64,000 nucleotides of DNA, from assembly GCF_006345805.1 (NCBI RefSeq), contig NC_042999.1:125612001-125676000 (forward strand), in the 5' to 3' direction. This document shows positions 26,607 through 40,173 of the stretch, piece after piece. The notes beneath the pieces were generated by a model. That model was not told where the DNA came from and did not search any database. It worked only from the letters and a program-made list of their open reading frames with translations. Every line of letters begins with the position of its first letter. The first letter of the stretch is position 1. Source of the stretch: Octopus sinensis. Lineage: Eukaryota. A program made the position numbers and the translations under genes.

Positions 26607-26807
26607 CTGACCAAAATGAGCTGGATAACCAAGCATGTGTATATATAATAATTTAGCCACATTTCTGCAACGATAAGTGTTATCTTCATCTCTAAATGAG
26701 TCCCTAATTTGGGCACATTCTTTGTTCACTACAGCCCGTTCATCAGCAGCAGTACGGGCTGATCGGATCTCCCTTATCAGGTCCCGTAATCTCTTCGGGG
26801 TTGGCAT
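26607..26807 (-). CDS. AP1G1: AP-1 complex subunit gamma-1, first conserved coding exon (exon starts at 26809; ATG at 26807)
   Basis: Translates to [67 protein letters not shown], the gamma-adaptin N-terminus. Acceptor ttttttgacag|GTATG, donor CAG|gtaagt; 201 coding nt. Confidence 0.97.
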
Positions 26808-27519
26808 ACCTGTCAAAAAATTACATAGAATTCTTACTCAAAAGGTTCGTTAATAATTACATTAAAAATATTAAAGCTCAACATATAACTCCTTTATGTG
26901 TTTTTATTTTAAACAACATTTGAGGAAGCTATTTAACCCCATAGTATTTAATTTAGAAAAACATCAAAAACAACAGTGCATTGTAAAATAATAGCATTAT
27001 AATTCTTTCAATGCAGAAGAAAAAAAAATTATGAATAAAATAAATACAAATTAAACTATGATCAGGAGCCAATCAGAATCAAAGCCTGGAATCAAAGTAA
27101 TTATAATCAAGAATCATGTACAGAATATAAAAAAGCAGAAATTTACTAAGGATAAATTTGATTTATTTTAGTGGACAGAATAATATCAAATAAAGTAGTT
27201 AACATTGGACACAACTCAGATATCAAATTAGTTTAGGGAACAAAGTAAAAAAACCAATGATCCAATACTCTTATACTATATGGGGTCAGATCACTAATAA
27301 TATATAAGATAAGAGTGAATAAAAACTCAAAATTATGAATACAATGCAAAGACTACACAAATGATAAAGATTTCTGGCAAACTTACAGGAAACCAGAATT
27401 TTATAGTTATGAAATAAAGGCTATGTTCTACAGAGATGTCTAGCTGATTATACTAAAATTCTGCTCAATGATGGTATAATTATTATTGAAAGTATAGTAA
27501 CTAGGATACAAACATCACA

Positions 27520-29300
27520 ATTACATTCCAAAGAAGATTCAACTTCGGGAAAGCAAACTGATCTGGCTTCCAAGATCTAGAAAGGAAGATCATGTCACCT
27601 AGCAGACATCAAGAATTACGACAATTTTACAAAGTTTGGGCACCAAGCAGCCTGCAAGAATATAAAGAGACAGTCGCCTCAATACATTATAGGCCCAGAT
27701 ACTCAAAGTATCAAACTATAAGCAATACCAATAGCTTTATCAATCTCAAACTTCTGGACTGACTTAGCCATCTCCTCCTAAAGAGATTAATATCAGCATC
27801 AACACCAATAAGACTGGTAAAGCTTTTGGACTGCATAACATTTTCATAGAAGGGATCAAACAGTTTTGGACCTCTGACATGGAAGTAGATCTTTGAGCTA
27901 ATGAACCCATGCATGCTGACAAAAACACATCTCAAAGAACTGGAGGAAAATCAGGATTTTCTCAAATTGGGTCGAGATCCAGCATATGCAAAGAACTTTC
28001 ATTTGATTTCTCTGCTATGCCCCAAACATAAGCTGCTTGAGCATCTGATTATTAACATGCTTGTCCCTGCTGTTGAACCAGCCACCATTCCTCAATATGC
28101 TGAATTCCAACCTGGCAAATCTACAACAAGCCAACTTCTGAATCTCACTCAGCAGACAGAGGATAACAGGAGCAGATTTCACTGATCTGTTTGCCACATA
28201 TAACACTTTGAAGTATTGCCTCCTCCCAAAAAAGATCTTGGAGTTGACAAAAGATCTGGCAGATACTGACTGCATAGGAGCTTTCCAAGTTTTAACATGA
28301 TGTTACAGGATTATTGGTGTTTCTTTGTGGTTGTCAATGACAATAGAAAAACTTACTCCAAAGTAATGTGCTAGCCCTACTACTATGTAACTTCTACACT
28401 AATGACAAGCCAATGAATCAGAGAGAACATTTGAAGCAGTAGAAACAAATCTCACCTCAGTTTTAGGTGAACTACTCCTCTATCATGAATGTAACCACCT
28501 ACATGCCAACCACGAAAAGGTAAATTTGAGCCTGCTCATTCCATCTCAAGAATTGTGAAGCACCTCTTAACATCAAATGGTCTGGAACATCACTGTACCT
28601 ACCCTGTCTACGTTGGAGTTACCTTAGCACGCACTATTTCTTTCCAGCATATCAAAAACACCAAAATGAAAGTCAGTTTAATATCCTACAGAAACTAATC
28701 AACTACAAATGGGGAGCTACAGCACACACATTATAATCCACTGATTTAACCTTGTGCTATTCTTCGGTGAAGTATACATATCCTGCCTGGGAGAGATTAA
28801 CCTATACCCAGAAACTTACAGTACTGAACAACACCTGTTGCTTGATCACAGCTGCATGAAATCCACCAACAGAAACAACCTGCACCTCTTTGTTAGCATT
28901 ACTCCTACTGATATCAGATGGGAAGTAGCCAGGCAAGTTGAGATGACAAAGGCTACTAGTAATGAATGCCACTCCATCCATGGATGTCAATCTCTGACTA
29001 ATAACTGACGTCAAGGAAAAACTTCCTCAGTCACATCCAGTCCTTAACATCCGAGGAAGAAACCATGCTTCAGCTCTGGATGGAAAAGCTGGAGAATGAC
29101 TTTCCTCCAATTGGCATGGGAATCCTCTCCTGCTTCAGACCTCCCTCCTGACTCAGAATTACCATGGAGTCAGTGGAAAACACTCAACATTGCCTGACAA
29201 CAAAAATAGGATGATCAAAAGCTGCTTCAGTCATAAGAGGAACAAGACCAACTCATCCTATGAATGTAGAGAAGCAATCTATACTACTACTACTACTACC
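27520..29300 (+). mobile_element. Decayed non-LTR retrotransposon (Ingi/Vingi-like, I-group) RT region
   Basis: DPAYAKNFHLISLLC..KLLEHLIIN..AEFQPGKSTTSQLLNLTQ, TLCNFYTNDKP, YVGVTLARTISF.QHIKNTKMKV, CMKSTNRNNLHLFVSITPTDIRWEV; (TAC)n tail at 29282-29300. The clade name is from recall. Confidence 0.7.
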
Positions 29301-31716
29301 CAAGTTTTGCAGTACAAAAGACTTTGCACAGTATAGTAAAAAAGCAAAGAACTGTCCAAAGAAATGGGAAACTGTTTTATAGCCATTGCATTTCAAAGAA
29401 TTGAAAAATCACTATTGGCAACAAAGGGTTTCTCTGGCTGTATAAAAAGTAGATATACGTAGTAAGTATAAAAGATTTGACATTAGTGAAATTATGAGCA
29501 ATGAGTGCTGAATAAGATGAAATATGAGTGTACATGAATTGGGAAGATAGCTTAACATGTAAGTATTCACCAATGGCACAAGAGTACTGCATTGAATGCA
29601 TGTTATATACAAGATGAAAGTGTTGTGTATTGAAGGAGGAAAGTAGTAATGGTTGAGAGGTATACAAAGTATGACATATGAGAAAGTGGTGAGCTCCAAT
29701 CTGAAGATAAGCCTCACATAATACAAAATGAAAACAATGTAAATAGTACTGTAGACCCATCCAACCCACACAATCAAAGAAAATTCAATTAATTTTATCC
29801 CTATTTCTATCTAAAAAAAAGTCTTATTCACCATTTCAATATTATGAAGTGATTATCATAAAAGACCTTTAAAATAAAAAAAACAAACAAAAAAACAGCA
29901 GCTGACAAGGGAAATAATTTCAATTTCTTTTGAACTTCTATTGTTTTCATTTCCATTAGCCAATGGAAGAAGTCAACTTCTACCATTTTGATTTTAAAAT
30001 AAGTTCCATTTAAATAACACATTTTTCCAGCAGAAAAGGAAGAAAATTGAAATAGAAAAAAAAAGGAAGACTTTTAGAATACAAGATAAATCAAAAAAGA
30101 AAATACAGTAAGTATTCTCTGGCAGACAGTAAAAAGCTTTGAAATTGCTCAAGAGTGAGGGAAATAGGTGAATAGTAAAATAAAAATGAAATAAAAAAGC
30201 CCATAAAAAATTTTAAAATATATAATGGCAGATATCAAGCATAGAAAGCACAGCAATAATATAAAGCTGTAAAGGTCAGTTCAGGAAGGATCATTAAAAC
30301 ACGTACTATTTTCTTCCAAAACTTAGTGAAACCACCAAGAAAAATGTAGAATCAATACTGGGGGTGATCAAAGATTTGAAAAACATCATAAATTGCTGGG
30401 TTTTGAGGTGTTCGTTCAGCTGTTTTTACATTTCTGGGATTATATTTAGGCCAACATAAGTGGTCCTTTGCGTATATAACATCAAACCCTTTTCAAAATA
30501 AAAATAACAGTTGAAGTGTGCAGTTTTTTTTTTGTAGATCTTATTGGTTTTGTTCTGGTTTTCATAGATGCTGCTTATGAAGTGAAGTCATTAAGACCCT
30601 TATATGCTTAAATCAAAATCCCATCAATTATGCTCAGCACATAAAACAAATAAAATCTGTAAGCTAAATTTATTATAGAAGCAACACATCAGCTATTATT
30701 AGCTAAAATTGCTTAAGAAAGTCATTCCATTTCCTTCAGTTAATTACTTCTAATTTTAAGACATAGCTTTCCTCATGTTACAAATTAGATTGAATAGAAA
30801 GACAACTAAAAAGAAATCTCTCTCTCTTTTCAACAAGTGTAACCATTCATACTCACTGAGAAATTGAAATTCTCTAGAATCTTACATGAATAAGGGCAGA
30901 AAAGAATGGGAGATGAACAAATTAGCTTTATAATAATATTACAACAGAGTATTAAAAAAAAAGGAAAAGAGAAACTATGTTCTCACTCAAAGTTAATATG
31001 GCAGAAAAAAATCATGAAATCTATTTTGCTGTATGAAGCTGAACAGATTTTGTTTATAATGAATAAGAGATATACTTGAAAAAAAAATATCTTCATACAG
31101 ATCTACTTGATGTATTAAATGATTACATGTAGTTTTGATTAGAAGTGTAGAAGGAATTTTACTGTAACAATGTTAGCCATTGAAAAAATATGTTATTCAA
31201 TCCACCGACAAAAAAAAAAATATTCACCAGATCAGAGAAGAAAAGAAAAAAAAACCCCACCTACTAGTAGTCACTGAAATAAATCATTTATCTTATTAAG
31301 AGCTTTGATTGTCTGAAGCCACTCGATAGCTTTGATTTAATGCCATCATCAATATCATTGACTAAATTTAAAAAGAAAATCCTAATGCAAATTCAAATGT
31401 AATAATATTATCTGCAGTTTATTTTCTTTTGAAGATTTAATAAACACTAACAATAAACCTTATGAAGTTGAAACACAAAATACTCAATCAAATGAAATTA
31501 ACACCCACTTATCAATTCACCAGAGACTACTGACAACTGTTTAAACTAGGGAATAAAAAAATATATCCATTCAGAGAATTTTTTTAAAATCCAAAAGTGA
31601 ATTATACATATGTATGTATGTATATGTATATATATATGTATATATATGTGTGTGGGTATATATATATATATTTATTAAACAAGTAATATATAATTAAATT
31701 ATTTAAAACCACTTAC

Positions 31717-31761
31717 CAATAGAAGTTTTGAAGATGTTCGCCATGTTGAGAAGCACCAATG
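31717..31761 (-). CDS. AP1G1: Candidate upstream AP1G1 exon (45 nt) with in-frame ATG at 31744 (MANIFKTSI-G)
   Basis: tttatcttttag|CATTGGTGCTTCTCAACATGGCGAACATCTTCAAAACTTCTATTG|gtaagt. The phase-1 end joins GT-ATG at 26809 to give MANIFKTSIGMPTP. Confidence 0.55.
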
Positions 31762-33701
31762 CTAAAAGATAAACTAACTAATGGTCAAACTTTAAAGTAC
31801 ACAATGATTTATTGTAGTCTATCAGCAGTTAGAACAACTAAATTAGGTTAATGCAGCAGTTATCTATCAAGTAAATAACCATAAGTTAGTCTAAAGGCAA
31901 AATTCAACCATTCAGATATATTGAACCACTGATAAACAGAAAAAAAAACAACAAAAAAATGTACTTGTTCCCTAATATAAAAAGCTGAACTTGTTATTCA
32001 GTAGAGTAACAAGGTGGATAATTGATAGCAGTCTTCTGAAAAGCCAATGTGACTGCTAACCTTTAATTTACAACAACCAAGAATGACTCAAAAGTGTTTA
32101 GATGAAATTAGGAGTGAGAAATATTAGTTAAGAAATGTTCTGTTAGAACAGTTAGTTAAAGGCATGAATTTATATTCAAATAAGAAAATGGTATTTTTAA
32201 TGATATGTGTATGACGCTACTGAAAAGGATGCTTAAATGAGGTTTAACAAAATATCAATGAATTGCTCCAACAGCAAATGTGTTAAGCAGTTTTTGCAAT
32301 GTATTTTCTATCCACAAAAGTGCGCGCACATGTGTTTGTGTGTGTGAGTTTATATATATATATAAGGGAATAGCTGCATTATTAATTACTAGATCTATGT
32401 TATTGTAGAAAATAATAATTTTATACATTCATCAATTAGTTTAATCAGGATTGAATTAAGAACAGATTTACATATATATATATGTATATATATATCTCGG
32501 TCTAAATAAATGTAACTTTTATTTGAATATAGTTTATAAATTTAAACAAATTAGAAAATATGAATTATAAATGATTCTTCATAAATGCTTTAACCAATTA
32601 CACAAAAAAAAAGAAAATGGAAACAATTGAATGGAAACATTAAAATGTTTACAAATTATTTGTAATATGAAAAAAAAAGTCAACAATTTAAAAGCATATG
32701 AAAACAACAAAATTAACTACTTAGTAGGTTAATTATATATAAATACACATACATAGATGTGCCTTATGTTATTCTAATAAACACATGTAAACATGCTTGC
32801 ATGCAGACATTTACCTAGCATTATTAAAGTTTCATTATGACTGCTTAAAATTTTGAAATGTAACTAATTTAAATGCTTTTTTAAAATAATTTTCTTTATA
32901 TCTGTTACATTACAGCTTATATATTTAAAAACAACAGCATTTAGTCTTTTTTAATTTATAACTATAAAAAGCAATTAAAACATGAAAATTATCAGTAGAT
33001 TGTTAGAGTGAATATTAAAAATATTTATTTAATGCATTATTGTGTTAGCTGTGCAATCTTTAGAGACTATGGTGATTAGTATAAATTTAAAGTTATTAGT
33101 GTGATATAAGAAAATCCTAATTCACTAGCATGCTTAATGTAAATATGTTGACCTAAATTTTGGTAACATCAGTTTAAAATCTAGACATGTATTTGGATAT
33201 GAAAAAATGTTATAAAATATGAGTTGAGCTCAGAATGAGTGGTATTATGAAAAGATGGAAATACAAAGTAATACTTGATGAATGAAAGCAAATGCAGCCT
33301 TGGTAGGGTTTAAATAGAGAAATGAATAGCAATCTGGTTATGGAAAAGCACCCAGTCCAACATAACTGTGTGTGAATTGTACAGTTCAAGTAAACTGATT
33401 GAAATATTGATCAAACACAAAATATATATTTGATTTTATGTTGTTGTTATTTTGGAATTTTTCTTATCCAAGAATCAATTTTTAAAAGAAATGAAAAATC
33501 AATTTTTATCAAGTGAGAAGACATTTTATTTGTTTATTCATTTTTGCAAATGAATCAAATGATTATTTCATTGAAAAAAACTTATAGCCTATTTTGTTGT
33601 GCTATAAACCTCATCTGCAAATTCAATAAACAACAGCAGGTATTAATCGTAAATATTATAGCTACTGAAGCAAATATATGTCATCCAATTCTTTAAATTC
33701 T

Positions 33702-33914
33702 TTTCTACTCTAGGTACAAGGCCCGAAATTTTTTGGGGGAGGGGGCCAGTCGATTAGATCGACCCCAGTATGTAACTGGTACTTAATTTATCAACCCTGA
33801 AAGGATGAAAGGCAAAGTTGACCTTGGTGGAATTTGAACTCAGAACGTAAAGACAGATGAAATACCGCTAAGCATTTTGCCTGGCGTGCTAATGTTTCTG
33901 CCAGCTCGCTGCCT
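33702..33914 (-). mobile_element. Young tRNA-derived SINE with an 18-bp TSD
   Basis: Well-preserved body including CpGs; tccaattctttaaattct is duplicated at 33684-33701 and 33915-33932. Confidence 0.9.
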
Positions 33915-34759
33915 TCCAATTCTTTAAATTCTACATTAGGCTTGAAGGTGATTTTTCTTTTGTTAAACATTTGCAAAACCAGCAACTACATTCATCATCT
34001 GGACACTACTGATTTCATGTGTTTATTTTTGTGAGCTTTTTAGTCTAATATCACTAAATCTTTTTTAACTAATGAGATAATTGAATAAAATACCTATTTA
34101 ATGCATGATTAGTGTATGAAATGCTCACCTACCAAAGTAGAATAAAGGACTAATAATTCATTATTTTGGTCAAGAACAAAACAAACACTTCGTGCAGTTC
34201 TTTGTGAAATTGAATTCATTTTCCTAGTCAAAATATCTTTCAAGCACTTTAGTAACTTGTCTAACCTAGCAAGTTTCTTTGAAAAATAGTATTTGAACAA
34301 TAGCTAATTAAAGAACAGAGCAGAACTCATGGCTCTTTTTATGCTTGCCCAAAGATAGTGACAATTAAGTACAAATAGTTGGAAGTCCTTTGTTTTGTTA
34401 ATATCCAGACAGGTAGCTGGAAGATGGACTATAACTGGATAATGAAGTTGAATAAACACTAGATATGTACCTGAGAAAAGTGACTGATAGTGAGAGCTAA
34501 AGAAGCCACATTTGAAGCAGATTAATTAATATTAGAGGAAGAAGAAATAGCCTAATTCTTTAAGATAAGTTTTGTCACAGCTTAGAATTTAAGATGAGTG
34601 AGGCCAAAAAGACCAATATTCATAGGTTGCTGCTGACTAATATCTCAATTCCCATGCAGGAGCCAGCTAGCAGTTAGTAGGCAAAGAATGCATTCATTTT
34701 CCTTATGGGTGAAGGGAGGTCACCAATCATGAACAGGAGTGAACAAAATACATGATTAT

Positions 34760-34900
34760 GCAATGTTGTTAGAGTGTAGGATAAAACACTTTATGGTATT
34801 CCTTTTCTGTACTCCAAGTTCAAATCCTGCTGAGGTCTTATCCTTTCAGATGCAATAAAGTACCAGTCTAGGCAGGCAGAATTGTTAGAGTGATAGATGA
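34760..34900 (+). mobile_element. Decayed SINE fragment(s), same family
   Basis: aagttcaaatcctgctgaggtc...tcctttcagatgcaataaagtaccagt. Confidence 0.55.
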
Positions 34901-37791
34901 AATGACATACAATCTCTCTTTGTTCCAGCTTGATGTGGTCTATATTCAAATTCAACCAATGATCATGGTTAATCATCCAGCCACAGGAGCATCCCAACCA
35001 TCTTGCAATTGGCCAATATGGACAAATAGGTATACAACCAACATAGATAAGCCTGTAACATCATGTTAAAACTTTCTTCCAGAAAGGGTTCAAACATGGC
35101 TAAAAAGAATGAATTAAACTAGCCTCCTAGGTCATTACTCAAACTTTTAAATTTTGAGGAAACCACTTCTGAGAGAGCTTTCCTATTACTGATACTTATA
35201 GGAGATCAACACAAATAAAAGGCAGTGTATCATCAAGTCTATCTAAAATCGCATGTCTAGTCTGAGTGTTTGTAATATTGTGGACTAAAGGCAACCAAGA
35301 ACTAGAAAGTGGCTTTTAAATTAATTGGCAGAAGCTTATTACAGTAAAAACAAAAGTAGCTATGGAGTGTATGTAGCAGGTCAGCAGCAGTAGATAGGTA
35401 TTATACCATGTTATTAATGGTAATTTATTCCTTTTCCTACTCCTTGCCATCATTGTTTTAATGTACAAGTTTTCTGTGTTGTTGTGAGTTTTGATGACAT
35501 GTACATTTGTCATGATGTGTCATCAATTTTGTTGGGCCAAAAATTTTTAAATACCATCAATTAATGCTTATATAACTAATATTTATCTATCATTAAATCT
35601 TCTATCTATTAAAAAAAAAAAGAGTAAACAGTTACTAGCTTACAACAAAAAATTTGTTTATGCAAACCTTTAAACAGATTATTTTTTACAACTACCATAC
35701 AAACAATCTCCATAAAGGTTAGCTATAAGTATGCTAAGATCAATAAGTATTATTTGGAAGTTATGCTCTGGAAGGATAAATAATTTCTTTATATTGATAT
35801 GAGACAGTGGTTTTCCTTGTAACTCATTTTTTGTGGTTGCTGTGGTTATTTTTTTAATTAAATTTCTTCATTGGTATTAATGATTTTGACATTTATTGAT
35901 CTGCACTAATAAATTTAATAAAACACTAGTTTACTATGCAAAGTAGTAGTCTTGTTATATATACATACAATCTATTGATTTTAGGGTAAGTTAGAATTCC
36001 TAAGGGTTAAGGGAAATATCTTGGGAGATTTCAGGATTACATAGTCATGCATTTATGGTTAGTACTGGGAATTAAAAACATGCAGTGATTAGGTTAACTA
36101 GAATAAAGCTTGCAATATTTTGAAGATTCATATGTCTGGCATTAGCAAGTAATCTTGCTTGTTTTTTTCCACCCTTTACTTTGTTATAATTTTAAAAGAG
36201 AAATACAATTCTTAACAAAATTTTCAGTTCAATAGTTTTCTCCATCTTCAAAATATTGCTACATAAAGAAGTTTTAAATTTTAAAACAATTCTGTGCATT
36301 TTATTACCTTAAATATACAAATAAAATATTGGCTTTGGAAACTTATACACATAGCTTTATTAGTGGTATTAGTTGCTTGTGGTGAGGAAATGTCTAGGGG
36401 TTTAAAATGTTAGAATTTAAGAAAAAATATTCACAAGAAAAGTGGATGTATTTACCTTTCAATGACCAAATTGCTCTATTTCTTAATACAACATTTTTTG
36501 GGATTTGCGCCAATATAGTCGTTGACTAGCAAAAAGAAGAAATGAATTTCTTTCAAAATGCTTAACTAAAATAGCACTAAATTGTATAGCTATACGTTTA
36601 GGTGAGTGTTCTTCCTTTCCTTTTTGTTGTTATTGTATGCAAATGTCATATATATAATTCATATTAAAAAACTGTTAACACACAAGTAATAAAAAAAAAG
36701 CTACAGTAAAAGCTTTTCTAAATATTTTGTTTCTATTTCTCCAAGTTGAAGGTGTTTGCAAATTTAGACACATGAACAGAGATAATGTTTTGATTTGATA
36801 TCCTTATTAACATAAACTATTTTGTAATGGGATTGATAGTAAAATTTTGGGAAAATTTTCAGTTCATACCCAACAACCAGTAGTTCTGCATTATAGTCAC
36901 TCGCTCACTTTTCCCCTTCACACACTCACATGCTGAGGATTCATTTCATGTAGATTTTTTTTTTAATGATCTTAATCCCTTTTCAAATTTTCAGTGTAGT
37001 AGTATTATAACTAGGAGTGTGGTTGGCTATTTTCTCCTATTTTCAACCTAGACTAATGAAAATATTTCATATTTATCATGTTTAAATATAAACATTAAAA
37101 GTAAAATTAAACCTATTCATATATCTCATTATATAAGATAAAGCCAGTTATTAAATCAGTAAATATGAAAGGATCTTTTTTTTTTTAATCATTACACATC
37201 AATATGGAAGTAATGTTAAAGAGAATGGTATAATGTGGAAGACTGTGAAATGAATTGATAACGAGCAAGTTAATCTGGTTGATTATACACCAAATTATGC
37301 AGCTAAAAATGAGATAATTATTTGATTTCAAAAAATATTCATGTACTTGGAAAAAAATGTGCATAATAAGGAGAAATGATTGATTACAAGGAATCATTAC
37401 AATTGGCAGAAAACAAAATTGTCAGAGGTGAAGTGGAAACATCATGGCAACATTTCCACGGAAACTGCTTGCTTTTGTATTAGTATGTCTGCACACACTA
37501 ATTAAAGCAAAGAGTAGAACAGTAGCAAACTATAATCATATGAAATGGTGTTATAATATTTTCAATGAGAGTTGTCAAGCAACAAGTGTTACCAGAAGGA
37601 ATTATTCCAGTAGTTTTATATTACAGTTTTCACTCTTTTTCATTTTTTGGTAAATAAATAGCATTATTATATAAACCCCAACAAAATATTTTTAATACTG
37701 TAATAAAAAATTATATGACAACTTTTTTCCTGAATTTTTGAGTTGGTATCTACTGATGTATTTGGATTATATTCTTCCTTTTGATTTTTAT

Positions 37792-37838
37792 GTTCATAAC
37801 ATTTCAGCTGTTGTACCCTTCAGCCTTCTTCAGGTGCC
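37792..37838 (-). ncRNA. CpG-decayed hammerhead ribozyme motif, same family as 54120
   Basis: Reverse complement ggcac-CTGAAGA-A-GGCTG-aagggtacaa-CAGCT-GAAA-TGTT-atgaac. Confidence 0.6.
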
Positions 37839-38144
37839 TATCATGTACATTAATATTCTTGAAATTTTGAATGAAATTCTTTATTAAATATATGGGTTTC
37901 AATTGTCTTCATTGTCTTGTCTATGTCAAGAATATTGTCATATTAGTTATCCTTGTGCTTGTGATTTCACTTGTTCATTCACCTCGAACCAATGCATATA
38001 TAAATCATCTAACTCATTCAGAATTCACATCGAGCAAGTAAACTACAGCACTTAACACTTGATCAATGCTTATATTCAATCTCCCATTATCCCATAAGAC
38101 AGTCAGGAAATGGAAATTACTTGCCAAATATTTGTACATATTAA

Positions 38145-38330
38145 GGTAGCAAGCTGGCACAATCATTAGCACACTGAACAAAATGCTTTGTGGTATTTCG
38201 TCCATCTTTACATTTTGGGCTCAAATTCTGCCAAAGTTGACTTTGGCTTTCATCCTTTTGGGGCTGATGTAATTGACTTAACCTCACCTCCAAAATTGCT
38301 GGCTTTGTGCCAAAATTTAAATCCAATGTA
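38145..38330 (+). mobile_element. Decayed SINE, same family
   Basis: aaggtagcaagctggcacaatcattagc...tcaaattctgccaaagttgactttggctttcatccttttggg. Confidence 0.7.
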
Positions 38331-39894
38331 TTTGTACATATTGTTGAAAAACATTTTTGATACATATCAATTGAAGTGTAACAAAAAATAAAGAGGTTTT
38401 GGAAAAACTTTTCACCTGAAGTACAGCCATAGCTTACAATAAAGGATGGATTTATCAAGAAGGGATTATAAAAGGAATGATAAAAGATTTAGAAGCTTAA
38501 TATTGTTCCTTAGAAATTTAACTCACAAATGTAAAATAGCACAAAGGGAACAAGGGGAATAAGAGACAAATCTTTGGACAACATGAGAGGGTACAACAGG
38601 TAGACATAAAATCAAAAGTTGGTGGGCAAATTGTAAACACACACACACACACAAAAATAACATAACATTGTGCACAGTGAATTCTATGTCAAAAAAGGAA
38701 AAGGAACAGACTGACATTTTTACCATAAAAAATGTTCAGGTGAAAACCTACCTCATGTACAAATTCTAAATTAAATAGTGACAGGAAAGTTGAAAGGGTT
38801 AAATGATTTGCTTGGCATATAAAATACTTTGAAGGAAGTTAGTAACTCCTTGAGTTATCTTCTTGGCCATAACTTGTAGATATGAATTCCAATAGTTGGG
38901 TAGGAAACCAATAAAATGTACTAAATATTGTCTAACAAAACAACAAAACTTAATATATGGGGATGTGAAACATTAACTTTCAACCAAGCAACAATGAATT
39001 TGCTCAATGCATTCTCTCTAAAAATTCAATTAATATAGTAAATAGTGCTATTACTTGATAGTAATAGACAACTACTTAATGTCAATATTGACTGTCATTA
39101 TTCCTCCCCACTGAAACATTTATTTAACATCTCCAAAAAGAAATGTAACAGAAAAGACAATATCCTGATTCTAACCACAGCTAGTTAACATTTCAATATT
39201 GATTGTTTTACAAAGTTCTCAAATGTAAGTGATTTTTTTTTTGAGTAGGTACAAGAACAAGTTCTTGCAAGGAACTGAAGTATAGTATATTGTTAGGATT
39301 TGATCTCAGAACTAACTAAATTTTTTTTATTTAGTCAGAAGAGGATGTGCAATGTCCATTGCTCTTTGAGAAAGAGTCCATTGCTCTTTGAGAAAGCCTC
39401 AAATCACAGACCTGGCCTAAATGCTTGTAAGAGAGTGGATGCCACTAAAACCAGGCGGTAGAATTAAATGGTGACAAATTAAGTTTATTGCTTAATAACA
39501 GGAATGGTCTCCCCCAAAATTTCCACCTACCAAATTTCATTAATAAGGCTTTGGTTGACCCAAATACACAGTGAATCAAATCCAAAACCATATAAATTGT
39601 GTAGTGTGCATCTACATCACAGAGCCAAAATTGCTGTTTTCCATTTGTCAGTCATCATGGAATGTTTCAATAATAAGGGTAAATTTTCAAAGTCAGTTTT
39701 TTCCAAAACACTTTAGCAAATCAACCAACAAAGTTTTAAAATATATTTTTAAAAGGCCTTGGAAGAAATAGTTTTATCAGAAGCATGACTAACTTAATCA
39801 TGAAATTTACCTCTCAATCTGAAAAATAAAAAGAGATTATTCTATTCAAATTTATTGTACTGTATTTAAATTTATTCTATTCTACATTTTTAAA

Positions 39895-40060
39895 AGAGGG
39901 GTATAGTGAATTATATTAACTCCAGTACTTCACTGGTACTATATCTTATCAATCCCAGAGGATGAAAGGCAAAAACAACCTAAGAGGGATGAACTCTCAA
40001 CGTAAAGGCTCACAACTAAATACTATAAAGCATTTTGTCTGATGCTCTATTAATTCTGAA
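39895..40060 (-). mobile_element. Decayed SINE, same family
   Basis: ccagtacttcactggtact...gatgaaaggcaaaaac...aagcattttgtctgatgct. Confidence 0.6.
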
Positions 40061-40173
40061 AATCCCTCGAGATTTTAATATCATATTCTTAGTTTCCAAG
40101 AGTTGAAAATGTTGACCCATGTGAGTATGATAAATAAGAATCCACATAAATTAATGAAATAATGTTAGCTTAC

